Source: Candidatus Nitrospinota bacterium M3_3B_026 (GTDB taxonomy: Bacteria > Nitrospinota_A > UBA7883 > JBPRGF01). From it: DNA of 64,000 bases. Below are positions 55,421 through 64,000 of this stretch, one piece after another. The notes beneath the pieces were generated by a model, which saw nothing but the letters and a program-made list of their open reading frames with translations, did no database searches and had not been told where the DNA came from. Every line of letters starts with the position of its first letter. Position 1 is the stretch's first letter. The stretch is from contig JBPRGF010000014.1 of the NCBI GenBank assembly GCA_051418015.1, positions 58,101 through 122,100 of the forward strand. Reading direction: 5' to 3'. The translations under genes and the position numbers were made by a program.

Positions 55421-55497
55421 CGGGGCGTAGCGCAGCCTGGTAGCGCATCTGCTTTGGGAGCAGAGGGCCGGAGGTTCAAATCCTCTCGCCCCGACCA
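55421..55497 (+). tRNA. tRNA-Pro (anticodon TGG)
   Basis: Cloverleaf with 7-bp acceptor CGGGGCG/CGCCCCG, anticodon stem TCTGC/GCAGA, loop TTTGGGA (anticodon TGG, G37), T-loop GGTTCAAAT, encoded CCA. Confidence 0.9.
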
Positions 55498-55527
55498 ATA
55501 TGGTCATCGGCCCGCCGTCTGGGAATT

Positions 55528-55603
<76 letters not shown>

Positions 55604-55703
55604 ACGCTGAAAGTTTAAAATAGCAAAAAAACGCGCGCTTAGCAATATGGCGCCGCGCTTTACGGAAGATCACCGCAAGCTTATAACAAACCCCGGAACG
55701 GAT

Positions 55704-56396
55704 TCAGCGGCCACATGCGGGCACCCAGTTTCTCAGGGCTTTCAGAACCCGTTCCCGTTTCCTATCATTCGTCATGAAGGGCCCCCGGCTTATCTCCAGC
55801 TGGACCCAGGGAAGCTCTCCTGAGTGGGAGCGGATTATGTGGCCCCCCTTGAAAGGATCGTCGATCCTGACTTCCGGCCCGAACTGGTCCCGGAAGCTTT
55901 CCGCCAGCGCCTTCACCCATTCCCATGGACAGGAGGCCCCCTCCGCGCAACTTATGCAGACCAGCGGCCGCGCCGCCCCTTCGTCCGGGCCCACGGGCGG
56001 GCCTTCGGCGGCCATGGTGTGGCAGTCCACCCCCGCCCTCGCCTTGGGCGCAAGCTCGCTCAAGCGCCGGTGATAGGGCCTGTAATAGCGCGCGAGCAGC
56101 GTCTCTATCACATCCTCCGGCGGAGGATCCCCGTAGACGGGGACGCCCCAGCATGTGTGTGTTTTCACCACGCCGTCGGGTCCCCTGTCGTCCTCGGCGC
56201 GGTTCGGGTCCACGATCGCCCTGGCCACGTCAGTGGTAATGTAGGCCGCCACCTCATCCGCGATGTCATACACCTCCCCCGCGCCCTCGTCCCCGTCGGC
56301 GATTATGTCCTCCGGCGAAAGCGAGGCGTAGCCTTGCGCTTCGGCCGGGATGGAGAGTCCGGCGTGGGGGACGGAGATGAGAAGAGGCAGCGTCAT
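55704..56396 (-). CDS. N-formylglutamate amidohydrolase-family protein
   Basis: 'LISVPHAGLSIP' N-terminal motif. 230 aa. The start overlaps the GGT stop by 4 nt. Confidence 0.7.
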   Translation of the reverse strand: MTLPLLISVPHAGLSIPAEAQGYASLSPEDIIADGDEGAGEVYDIADEVAAYITTDVARAIVDPNRAEDDRGPDGVVKTHTCWGVPVYGDPPPEDVIETLLARYYRPYHRRLSELAPKARAGVDCHTMAAEGPPVGPDEGAARPLVCISCAEGASCPWEWVKALAESFRDQFGPEVRIDDPFKGGHIIRSHSGELPWVQLEISRGPFMTNDRKRERVLKALRNWVPACGR

Positions 56397-57979
56397 CGCC
56401 GCGCCCCCCCGGCCGAGCCGTCCCGCCGCGGGTCGGCCACGGCGATGAACTTGGCGCCGTCGCGCATGACCATCTGTACGCAGCCGAGGTAGAAGGAGTA
56501 AGGCTTGCGTATGTCTGTCTCGTACCCTTCCGCCTCCAGGGCGTCGATGATATCGCTTCGCATCCTGGTCGCCTCAAGGGAGACTTTGCCGTCCAGCGAG
56601 CAGCTCATCCTCGCCGCCGCTACGGCCTCCAGTGGGCTGTGTCCCGCCCTCAGCCGCAAAAGAACCTGCGCTATGGCGGCGGCTATCCTCTCGCTTCCCG
56701 GCGAACCCAGGGCCAGCCACGGCTTCCGGCCGAGGAAGACGATGGTGGGCGCGACGCTGGCCCAGGGGACGGCGGCTGGGCGCAGATAGTGCGGATGCCT
56801 TATGTCCCCGTACTCGAAGGCGCTCATATAGTTGTTGTATAAAAAGCCAAGGCCCGGCGCGGCCTCGAAGGAGCCGTACACCCTCTCGATCGACTGGGTG
56901 AGCGCGACGACGTTGCCGAACCTGTCCATCACTGAAAGATGCGTGGTGTCCCCCCGCCTTTCTATCTCGTCCCGCACCTTGTCCGCCACGGTCTGGGCGT
57001 ATTCCGTGCTCAGCATCTTCTTTGTGCGCCGTTGCGGATAATAGGTCGGGTCGAAGGGGCGGTCTTTCCTGTCGATCTGGCTTTGGCGGATGACCGCCGC
57101 CAGGGCGAGCGCGGCTTCGGGGGTGTCCGGGTCCCGGAGCCGCTCCGGCAGGCGGTCTAGTATGTTCAGCATCTCGATAAGGGGCCTGCCGGCGCCCGGG
57201 GGGGGGAACGTGATAACCTTCCACGCCCCGAACCTGCAGGAGATCGGCCTGCGTTCCACCGGCCATGGTATCTGGGCGAGGTCGTCCTTTCTTATCAACC
57301 CGCCATTTTCCACCATGTCCTCGTGGATGACCCTTGCTATCTTGCCGTGATAGAAGGAGCCGGGGCCGTTTTTTGAAAACCTTTTCAGGGTCTCCGCCAG
57401 GACCGGCTGCTTCAGGATCTCGCCCGCTGGGTAGGGCCGCCTGCCGTCCTTCAGGAAAAACCTGGCGGCGCTGGATTTTCTGAGTTTTTTCAACTCCCGC
57501 TTTGTCAGCCTGTTCATCAGCGATGAGACCTCGAACCCCTCCTCGGCGAACCTTATCGCCGGAGCGAGGACCTGCCTTCTTTTCAGTTTCCCGAAGCTCC
57601 TGCGGGCGTATTCCAGGACGGCGGGTGTGCTGGGGACGGTGGTGGCGCCATGGCCGCGCAAAAGGTCTTTTTTCAAGTACTCGCCGGGTATCACGCGATG
57701 AGGCGCCCTGGAAGAGCCGTCGAGGGCGATGGTCTTGCGTGAGTTGGCGGTGTATATCATCATCATGGTTTGCCCCCCCAGGCCGGAGGCGAACGGCTCG
57801 ACGACGCCGAGGGCGTAGGCGGCCGCCACCGCCGCGTCCACCGCGAGTCCGCCCATCTCGAGGATCTCCACCGCCGCCTCGGTAGCCCTGTAGTGGGCCG
57901 TGGCGGCCGCGCCGTGGCGGGAGGCCGCTATCCGTTGCGGCTCCACGGGACGGGCAGCGGCGAAGCCGCGCTCAATCAT
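56393..57979 (-). CDS. ggt: Gamma-glutamyltranspeptidase-family protein lacking a signal peptide (cytoplasmic GGT-like)
   Basis: 'TAHYRATEAAVEILEMGGLAVDAAVA', 'GLGGQTMMMIY', 'TTHLSVMDRFGNVVALTQSIERVYGS' (autoprocessing Thr). ATG 57979 chosen inside the 817-aa ORF. Confidence 0.82.
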   Translation of the reverse strand: MIERGFAAARPVEPQRIAASRHGAAATAHYRATEAAVEILEMGGLAVDAAVAAAYALGVVEPFASGLGGQTMMMIYTANSRKTIALDGSSRAPHRVIPGEYLKKDLLRGHGATTVPSTPAVLEYARRSFGKLKRRQVLAPAIRFAEEGFEVSSLMNRLTKRELKKLRKSSAARFFLKDGRRPYPAGEILKQPVLAETLKRFSKNGPGSFYHGKIARVIHEDMVENGGLIRKDDLAQIPWPVERRPISCRFGAWKVITFPPPGAGRPLIEMLNILDRLPERLRDPDTPEAALALAAVIRQSQIDRKDRPFDPTYYPQRRTKKMLSTEYAQTVADKVRDEIERRGDTTHLSVMDRFGNVVALTQSIERVYGSFEAAPGLGFLYNNYMSAFEYGDIRHPHYLRPAAVPWASVAPTIVFLGRKPWLALGSPGSERIAAAIAQVLLRLRAGHSPLEAVAAARMSCSLDGKVSLEATRMRSDIIDALEAEGYETDIRKPYSFYLGCVQMVMRDGAKFIAVADPRRDGSAGGARR

Positions 57980-57981
57980 TT

Positions 57982-60171
57982 TCAGCCGGAAGCGGTTTTG
58001 CGGGATTTGCCACGCTTTTTCTCCTCCACTATCTCCCCGGCCAGAAACTGCGCCAGAAGAAGCGTCCGCTGGATGAGGCTTATCCTTTGTACCGCCTCCT
58101 GTGCGGTGTAGACGTCCCGGGCCACGGGGCCCGCGCCGCAGACCACGGAAGCGCCCTCCGGCGCAAGACCCGCCACAGATGGCCACACCGAAGACTCGTA
58201 GTCGAGCGGGATGTCCCAGCGCGATGCTATGCCTTTCAGCTTTCTGGCGAGGCGGAGGGTACCCTGTTTTTTTTGCATCGGCGGCCTGTCGGATACGACG
58301 GAAAGCTCCAGGCGCAGGCCGGTGTTGACAAGGATCGATCTGATCTTCTTCTCGGTCCTGTCGGCCGTCCTGACATCCGGGTAGGAGGCCAGGATCGAGA
58401 CCCATGCCTTGTGCGGCAGCATCATCGGAAAGCCGTCCACCCTGATGTCCACGGGGGAAACGGCAAGGCGCTCCTTGCGCGAGGAGATGGCGGAAAGCTT
58501 CTTCATCGTGGAAAATATCCAGGAAAGAGGCTCCGGCTCTTTGGAGAGTTTGCCGAGGGGCTGCGGCTTGCCCTCGACCAGGAGACGGTATCGGCGCTGC
58601 CCCCTGCGCTGGGTCACCAGCCGGCCCCCGGGATTGGCCGGGCGCAGAACAATCGTCCGGCCCGCGCGGGCCATGGCGCCGGATATCGTCCCGGCGCTGT
58701 ACCTGCAGCCGCTCCCTTCGTCGGTGTAGAAAAGAACGCCAAGGGGAACGCGGCGCAGGAGACGATGCGCCCGGAGCGACCTTAAGGCGTACTCCATCAT
58801 GACCAGCGGCGCGCGGGAGCAGCCCACGCCCTCGCCGTAGAGCCATTCCGGATCAACGCGGAACCTTTCCGCGGGGGTGGAAGGGTCCAGGGGGACGTCC
58901 AGGTGGGCCACAAGCAGGATTCCTCCCTCGAAGCCCTTCTTTGTCTCCCAGGCCCACGTGGCCCTTTTCTCGCTAAGTTCCCTGACGGGCGTCATGCCCA
59001 TCTCATCGAAAAAATCGCCGAGCCGTTTCACCACCGCCTCGATCCCCACCGGGTCCGCCGTCCTGCTCGACACCCCCACCCACCGGCCAAGGCTTTTTTC
59101 TATCTGGTCCCGCCTTTGCGTGAGGTAGCCAAGGACAAGGCTCTCCGGCTCCTTTTTCTCCACCGCGACGGGGGTGGGGCTGGGCGTGCCGAAATACCTG
59201 GCGCTGGCCACCTCGATGAGCCGTTTTACGAGGGCGTCGTAGTCCAGCCCGTCGTGCTCCGCCGCGGCGGTGTAAGATCCGTGCTCGCCCAGGCTGGGGA
59301 GACTGTTCACCTCCAGTATGTAAATGTTCCCCGCGGCGTCGATGCGCATGTCCACCCTGGCGCAGTCGTAACAGCCGAGGGCGGAGAAGGCGCGCAACGC
59401 CAGCTCTTTCGCCTCCGAGGCGGTCTGGGGGCTTATCCTGGCGGGGCATACGGGGTGTATCTCCCTGCCGGACCTTTTGGTCTTGTCCTCGTATGTATAG
59501 ATGGGGGGGCCGCTGGAGCCGAAGTCTATCTCCGCCGGGGTCAGGGCCTCCGGCGGGTCGTTGCCTATGAGCCCCACGTTTATCTCCTTGCCCTCGATGA
59601 ACCTCTCCACGAGGGCGGGCTGGTGGAACTCCCTGAATATGTAGTCCGCGGCCTCCCTTAGCTCTTCTTCATTTTCCACTATGGTAAGCCCCATGGAGAC
59701 GGCCTCGTTCTTTGCTTTCACTATCAGGGGATATTCAAGCTCCGGCTGCTCGAAACCTGGGCCGTAGAGCACGGCGAAATCCGGTGTGGGCAGGCCGCTC
59801 TGGCGGAAGATCATCTTCGCCACAACTTTGTCGAGGGCCAGCGAGTGGGCCAGGGGGCCGGAGCCGACGTAGGGGATCCCCACCATCTCCAGGATGCTTG
59901 GCACGTGTGTGTACCGGGCCTGGCCCTGGATGCCGTACGACAGGTTGAAGACCATGCCCGGCCGCTCCCCCTTAAGCGCGCTGGGCATGAAGCTTTGCAG
60001 CTTGTCTATCAGGTCCTTGTCGCCCTCGAGGGCCACCGTCTTGTATCCCCCCTTTTTCAGGGCGTCCATTATGCGCCGGATCGTCCTGAGGCCGTAGCGC
60101 TCCCTGTTCGGCGTTCCGAACAGGTTTATCACGTTCCTGCTCTCCCGGTTATAAACGACGGCTATCTTCAT
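57982..60171 (-). CDS. D-Ala-D-Ala-ligase-like ATP-grasp enzyme fused to an M20-peptidase-like domain (possibly degenerate)
   Basis: N-terminal 320 aa: 'GIPYVGSGPLAHSLALDKVVAK', 'KAKNEAVSMGLTIVENEEEL', 'VERFIEGKEINVGLIGN', 'CARVDMRIDAAGNIYILEVNSLPS' (Ddl family). C-terminal 400 aa: 'LLVAHLDVPLD', 'YTDEGSG' M20-like metal-site remnants. The canonical GxxDDKG Asp is absent. Confidence 0.75.
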   Translation of the reverse strand: MKIAVVYNRESRNVINLFGTPNRERYGLRTIRRIMDALKKGGYKTVALEGDKDLIDKLQSFMPSALKGERPGMVFNLSYGIQGQARYTHVPSILEMVGIPYVGSGPLAHSLALDKVVAKMIFRQSGLPTPDFAVLYGPGFEQPELEYPLIVKAKNEAVSMGLTIVENEEELREAADYIFREFHQPALVERFIEGKEINVGLIGNDPPEALTPAEIDFGSSGPPIYTYEDKTKRSGREIHPVCPARISPQTASEAKELALRAFSALGCYDCARVDMRIDAAGNIYILEVNSLPSLGEHGSYTAAAEHDGLDYDALVKRLIEVASARYFGTPSPTPVAVEKKEPESLVLGYLTQRRDQIEKSLGRWVGVSSRTADPVGIEAVVKRLGDFFDEMGMTPVRELSEKRATWAWETKKGFEGGILLVAHLDVPLDPSTPAERFRVDPEWLYGEGVGCSRAPLVMMEYALRSLRAHRLLRRVPLGVLFYTDEGSGCRYSAGTISGAMARAGRTIVLRPANPGGRLVTQRRGQRRYRLLVEGKPQPLGKLSKEPEPLSWIFSTMKKLSAISSRKERLAVSPVDIRVDGFPMMLPHKAWVSILASYPDVRTADRTEKKIRSILVNTGLRLELSVVSDRPPMQKKQGTLRLARKLKGIASRWDIPLDYESSVWPSVAGLAPEGASVVCGAGPVARDVYTAQEAVQRISLIQRTLLLAQFLAGEIVEEKKRGKSRKTASG

Positions 60172-60309
60172 CGCTCCCTCATCGGTTTTGAGGCCGCGGG
60201 GCCTGGAGCGCCCCTCCGGGATATTCTAACCGCCAAACATGGCGGGGAAAACGAAAGAAAACGCGGGGCGGGGGGCGGAGGCTCAAGGCGCTGACATGGC
60301 CGGCCGGTC

Positions 60310-60420
60310 TGTCTCAGTCCCACGTTGTCATTCTGAGGCGAAGGCGAAGAATCCCGCCACCTCCGGCATGGCCGCGCGGGATACTGCGCTGGCGCTCAGC
60401 ATGACATTATCGAAGCGTCA
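60310..60420. repeat. Dispersed inverted-repeat element family, locus C
   Basis: 'gtcattctgaggcgaaggcgaagaatcccgc' and the inverted copy 'gcgctcagcatgacatt'. Intergenic between the ATP-grasp gene start and the hemL stop. Confidence 0.55.
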
Positions 60421-60446
60421 CGCTCGATTCGATGATGTCGCTCTTC

Positions 60447-61727
60447 TCAAAGGCCTTTCAGGGATTCTTCCGCGGCCTCGAGTGTTTTGTCTATGTCGCC
60501 TTCCGTGTGGGCGAGCGACATGAACCCGGCCTCGAACTGGGACGGGGCGAGGTAGACTCCCCGCTCCAGCATGGCGCGGAAGAACTTTCCGAACTTTTCG
60601 GTGTCGGAGGTCTTCGCCGTCTTGTAGTCATAGACCTCCGGCTCGCCGGTGAAGAAGGTGATGAACATCGCCCCGGCGCGGTTGTGTACGGATGGTGTTT
60701 TCAGCCTGTCAGTGATCTCCTTCAACCCTTCGCCGAGCTTTGCGGAAAGCTCCTCCAGCCTCTCGTAGACACCGTCTTCCTTCAGGATTTTAAGCGTCTC
60801 GATCCCCGCCGCCATGGCCAACGGGTTGCCGGAGAGTGTCCCCGCCTGGTAGACGGGCCCCGACGGGGCGACTTTTTCCATGATCTCCCGCCTGCCCCCG
60901 TAGGCGCCGACGGGCAGCCCGCCGCCTATGACCTTGCCCAGCGTCGTAAGGTCCGGCGTGACGCCGTAGCGCTCCTGGGCGCCCCCGTAGGCCACGCGGA
61001 AACCGGTCATCACCTCGTCGAAGATGAGCACCACGCCATACCTGTCACAAAGCTTGCGCAGTCCCTCCAAGTAGCCCGGCTTGGGCGGTATACAACCCAT
61101 GTTGCCGACTATGGGCTCGAGTATCACGCAGGCGATGTTGTCCCCCTCGGCGGAAAGCTCCCGCTCCACCGCGTCAAGGTCGTTGAAGGGGAGCGAGCGG
61201 GTGAGGTTGGCCAGCGCCGCGGGGACGCCGGGCGAGTTCGGCAGACCGAGCGTCTCCACCCCCGAGCCGGCCTGTACAAGCAGAGAGTCCGGACAGCCGT
61301 GATAGCATCCGTCGAACTTTATTATCCCGTCGCGCCCCGTGAATCCGCGCGCCAGGCGGATGGCGCTCATGGTGGCCTCCGTGCCGGAGTTTACCATCCT
61401 GACCATCTCGATCGACGGAACGGCGTCCACTACCATCCGGGCCATCTCCACCTCCAGCTCCGTCGGCGCGCCGAAGGACGATCCGTTCTCCAGGGCTTTT
61501 CTGACCGCCTCGGTGACCCGCGGGTTGGCGTGGCCCGCGATCATCGGGCCCCAGGAGCCGACGTAGTCGATGTATTCGTTCCCGTCGACATCGAATATTT
61601 TCGAGCCGGCGGCCTTTTTTATGAAAGGCGGCTCGGCGCCCACGGCGCTGAAGGCCCGGACGGGGCTGTTCACTCCGCCGGGGATTATCTTTTTGGCTCT
61701 CTCGAAAAGCTCGGAAGACTCGCTCAT
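60447..61727 (-). CDS. hemL: Glutamate-1-semialdehyde 2,1-aminomutase
   Basis: '[13 protein letters not shown]', '[15 protein letters not shown]', '[10 protein letters not shown]', '[17 protein letters not shown]' (PLP-Lys). Start at MSESSE inside the longer ORF. Confidence 0.95.
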   Translation of the reverse strand: MSESSELFERAKKIIPGGVNSPVRAFSAVGAEPPFIKKAAGSKIFDVDGNEYIDYVGSWGPMIAGHANPRVTEAVRKALENGSSFGAPTELEVEMARMVVDAVPSIEMVRMVNSGTEATMSAIRLARGFTGRDGIIKFDGCYHGCPDSLLVQAGSGVETLGLPNSPGVPAALANLTRSLPFNDLDAVERELSAEGDNIACVILEPIVGNMGCIPPKPGYLEGLRKLCDRYGVVLIFDEVMTGFRVAYGGAQERYGVTPDLTTLGKVIGGGLPVGAYGGRREIMEKVAPSGPVYQAGTLSGNPLAMAAGIETLKILKEDGVYERLEELSAKLGEGLKEITDRLKTPSVHNRAGAMFITFFTGEPEVYDYKTAKTSDTEKFGKFFRAMLERGVYLAPSQFEAGFMSLAHTEGDIDKTLEAAEESLKGL

Positions 61728-61741
61728 CTGAAAAATCCTTG

Positions 61742-62590
61742 CTAAATGTATTTCCCGATGATTATGTCCAGGTCCTTTTTCGTCTTGTCCGGGATCATCT
61801 CGGGCTTGGTGATGATCCCATATTGAAGCGCGCTGGCGCAGTGGCAGTCTCTTTCCCCCTTGATTTCCGGGACGGCGGCCTTTATGGCGGCCTTGGAGTT
61901 TTCTATGTTCGAGGCCATGGTCTTGAGCACCTGTTCTATGGTGACGTCCTCCTCGCTCCAGCAGTCGTAGTCCGTCGCCAGGGCCAGGGTGGCGTAGCAA
62001 ACTTCCGCCTCGCGGGCGAGCTTGGCCTCCTGCAGGTTCGTCATGCCTATGACGTCGGCGCCCCAGGAACGGTACAGGTTCGACTCCGCCCTGGTGGAAA
62101 ACTGCGGCCCCTCCATGCAGATGTATGTCCCGCCCTTGTGTGAGGCCCAGCCAATCTTGCGCGTGGCCTCGTAGAGAACGTCGCTCAGGTAGGGGCAGAC
62201 AGGGTCGGCGAAGGTGATGTGGGCCACGATTCCGTCGCCGAAAAAGGTCCCCGTCCGCGTCCCCCGGGTCCTGTCTATGAACTGGTCGATGACCACCGCG
62301 TGGCCCGGTTCTATCTCCTCCTTCAGCGAGCCGACGGCGGAGACGGATATGATCCTGTCCACGCCGAGCTTTTTCATGGCCCAGACGTTGGCGCGGAAGT
62401 TAAGCTCCGACGGCAGTATCCTGTGGCCCCGGCCGTGGCGCGGCAGGAAAGCCATCTCCACGCCGCCGAGTTCGCCCAGGACAAGCTCGTCAGAAGGGTC
62501 GCCGAAGGGGGTGGGGACCTTTTCCGTCCTCACGTTGGCGAGCCCCTCCATCTCGTACAGGCCGCTTCCGCCTATAACCCCGATGGTCAT
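61742..62590 (-). CDS. mtnP: S-methyl-5'-thioadenosine phosphorylase
   Basis: '[10 protein letters not shown]', '[21 protein letters not shown]', '[16 protein letters not shown]', and a PNP-fold C-terminus. Confidence 0.9.
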   Translation of the reverse strand: MTIGVIGGSGLYEMEGLANVRTEKVPTPFGDPSDELVLGELGGVEMAFLPRHGRGHRILPSELNFRANVWAMKKLGVDRIISVSAVGSLKEEIEPGHAVVIDQFIDRTRGTRTGTFFGDGIVAHITFADPVCPYLSDVLYEATRKIGWASHKGGTYICMEGPQFSTRAESNLYRSWGADVIGMTNLQEAKLAREAEVCYATLALATDYDCWSEEDVTIEQVLKTMASNIENSKAAIKAAVPEIKGERDCHCASALQYGIITKPEMIPDKTKKDLDIIIGKYI

Positions 62591-62729
62591 CTTTCGCTTT
62601 CTCCGTGTCAGCCGTTTCAGTTTGAAGTGAGTAACTATCGCATATCAGGAAAACTCGTTCAAGATGGCCTTCCGCCAGCGGGCAGCGGGTTGATTTGAAA
62701 AAATCAAGGCCCTTCACTTCACGGGTGTT

Positions 62730-62800
62730 TCGTTCAGGACGGCAAAGCGTGACAGCGCCACCCGCTCGCGCCGTCCTGAGCCGCCAGGCGAAGAGCCTTG
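62730..62800. repeat. Dispersed inverted-repeat element family, locus D (divergent copy)
   Basis: 'ttcaggacggcaaagcg' .. 'cgtcctgagccgccaggcgaagagcc' form a 9-bp-arm hairpin (TCAGGACGG/CCGTCCTGA) and resemble the U2/U1 units of loci A-C. Confidence 0.4.
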
Positions 62801-62921
62801 CCTTTTGGGGAAAAATCAGACTGACCCACCGCCAGTGGCTTTTGTTGAAAGCTTTGCCGTAAATGGGCTAATATACAAAATTCTTTTGTTAAACCGTTGT
62901 CTTGGTTTTAAGTCTGGTAGG

Positions 62922-64000
62922 ATGGAGAAGAGCAAAGGCAAGGGGCCGCGCATAGCCCCCACCGGCATAAAGAAGGGCATGGGCGTCGACGAGTTGATAG
63001 ACGCCCACTTCAACGCCTACAACGCCGCCAGGCTCTCCGAGGCGTGCCGCCTGCTGGAGCGGAAGATCCTCAAGAAGGACGTGGTCGTGGGCATGTCGCT
63101 GTCCGGCGCCCTCACGCCGGCGGGCCTCGGCGCGTCGGCCATCGTCCAGTGGATAGAAAAGGGTTGGGTGGATTACATCGTGTCCACGGGGGCGAACCTT
63201 TACCATGACATGCATTTTGGCCTGAACCTGCCGTTGCACAAGTCCACCCCATTCCAGAACGACGTGGAGCTGAGGGAAGGCCGCGTTGTGCGGATATACG
63301 ACATCGTGATGGACCTCGACGTGCTCCTTCGCACCGACAAGTACGTCTACAACATCCTGGAGGCGCCGGAGTTCAAAAGGAAGATGGGCTCCGCGGAGCT
63401 TCACTACCTGATCGGCAAGTACGTGGACGGGACGGAGAAGAAGACGGGGATGGAAGGCGGTACGATACTGGGCGCGGCGTACCGGAACGCGGTTCCGATA
63501 TTCTGCCCCTCGCCGGGCGACTCCACCATCGGGCTGAACGCCGCGGCCTTGTCTTTCGTTAGCCCCGGCCTGGAGATCGACCCCATACAAGATGTCAATG
63601 ATTCCACCGCCATAGCCATGATGGCCAAGACGCGCATGAAAAGCGGCGTGGTGATCTTCGGCGGGGGAAGCCCGAAGAACTTCATTCTCCAGACCATCCC
63701 CCAACTCGACGAGGTGATGGAGATACACGTGAAAGGGCACGACTATTTCATACAGATAACCGACGCGAGGCCGGACACGGGCGGTCTCTCTGGCGCCACG
63801 CCGCAGGAGGCTGTGAGCTGGGGGAAAGTGGACCCGGACATGGTCCCGGACTCGGTCGTGGGTTATATGGACAGCTCCATAGCCATGCCGCTGATGACGG
63901 CGTATATACTGAACAGGGCCGAGCCCAGGCCGCCCCGCAGGCTTTACGACAGGCGGGAGGAGCTTTTCAGGGAGTTGGAGGCAAAGTACGCGAGCGTGCG
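62922..64000 (+). CDS. Deoxyhypusine synthase-like protein (3'-partial, continues beyond window)
   Basis: ATG 62922, then 'VVVGMSLSGALTPAGLGASAIVQWIEKGWVDYIVSTGANLYHD' and 'GGGSPKNFILQ' (DHS/homospermidine-synthase NAD-binding fold). No stop before the window end. Confidence 0.78.
   Translation, partial: MEKSKGKGPRIAPTGIKKGMGVDELIDAHFNAYNAARLSEACRLLERKILKKDVVVGMSLSGALTPAGLGASAIVQWIEKGWVDYIVSTGANLYHDMHFGLNLPLHKSTPFQNDVELREGRVVRIYDIVMDLDVLLRTDKYVYNILEAPEFKRKMGSAELHYLIGKYVDGTEKKTGMEGGTILGAAYRNAVPIFCPSPGDSTIGLNAAALSFVSPGLEIDPIQDVNDSTAIAMMAKTRMKSGVVIFGGGSPKNFILQTIPQLDEVMEIHVKGHDYFIQITDARPDTGGLSGATPQEAVSWGKVDPDMVPDSVVGYMDSSIAMPLMTAYILNRAEPRPPRRLYDRREELFRELEAKYASV

Noticed and set aside
56393-58846. 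817-aa minus-strand ORF suggesting a giant GGT fusion
   Set aside because: The first 289 codons are Arg/Gly/Pro-rich antisense-type sequence overlapping the real Ddl-M20 gene in another frame. GGT homology begins exactly at Met-290 (57979).

Overview
This is a 64-kb segment of a high-GC (about 65%) Gram-negative bacterial chromosome. The Gram-negative call rests on LpxB, lipobox lipoproteins and beta-barrel outer-membrane proteins. It is densely packed with genes on both strands, mostly housekeeping. I found no integrase, transposase, cas genes or CRISPR array.

Recognisable core genes:
- Translation and tRNA: gatC, gatA, tilS, tRNA-Pro(TGG), tRNA-Ala(GGC).
- Envelope and shape: mreB, lpxB, a GT2 polyprenyl-phosphate glycosyltransferase, rfbA, a UDP-sugar 4-epimerase, two MscS channels.
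- DNA repair: recG, nth.
- Metabolism: maf, coaE, trpC, an NAD-malic enzyme, hemL, mtnP, a GH57 glycogen-branching enzyme, and a deoxyhypusine-synthase-like gene running off the 3' end of the window.

The less ordinary content:
1. A convergent locus with two paralogous His-motif polytopic membrane proteins flanking three tandem paralogous monoheme cytochrome c genes, the first of which is a lipoprotein.
2. A candidate Cyc2-like fused cytochrome-porin.
3. An array of three lipoproteins carrying four FlgO/TolB-N-like domains, followed by a PEGA-domain protein.
4. An operon of a Ddl-like ATP-grasp fused to an M20-like domain, followed by a leaderless GGT and an N-formylglutamate-amidohydrolase-family protein.
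5. A GAF-GAF-GGDEF protein with a degenerate GGDEF motif directly upstream of mreB.
6. A TPR-array class III nucleotidyl cyclase built from near-identical 102-bp DNA repeats.
7. An ArsS-like radical SAM enzyme with its AhpD-like partner, convergent with a histone-H1-like Lys/Ala-rich protein that sits behind a sharp AT-rich promoter island.
8. Twin FHA proteins upstream of a CbpA-like J-protein and a GAF sigma-54 activator.
9. Twin YcgR-like PilZ proteins.
10. A short inverted-repeat element family (core GTCATnCTGAG) at four intergenic loci.

All functional assignments are motif- and memory-based. I could not run any database search.
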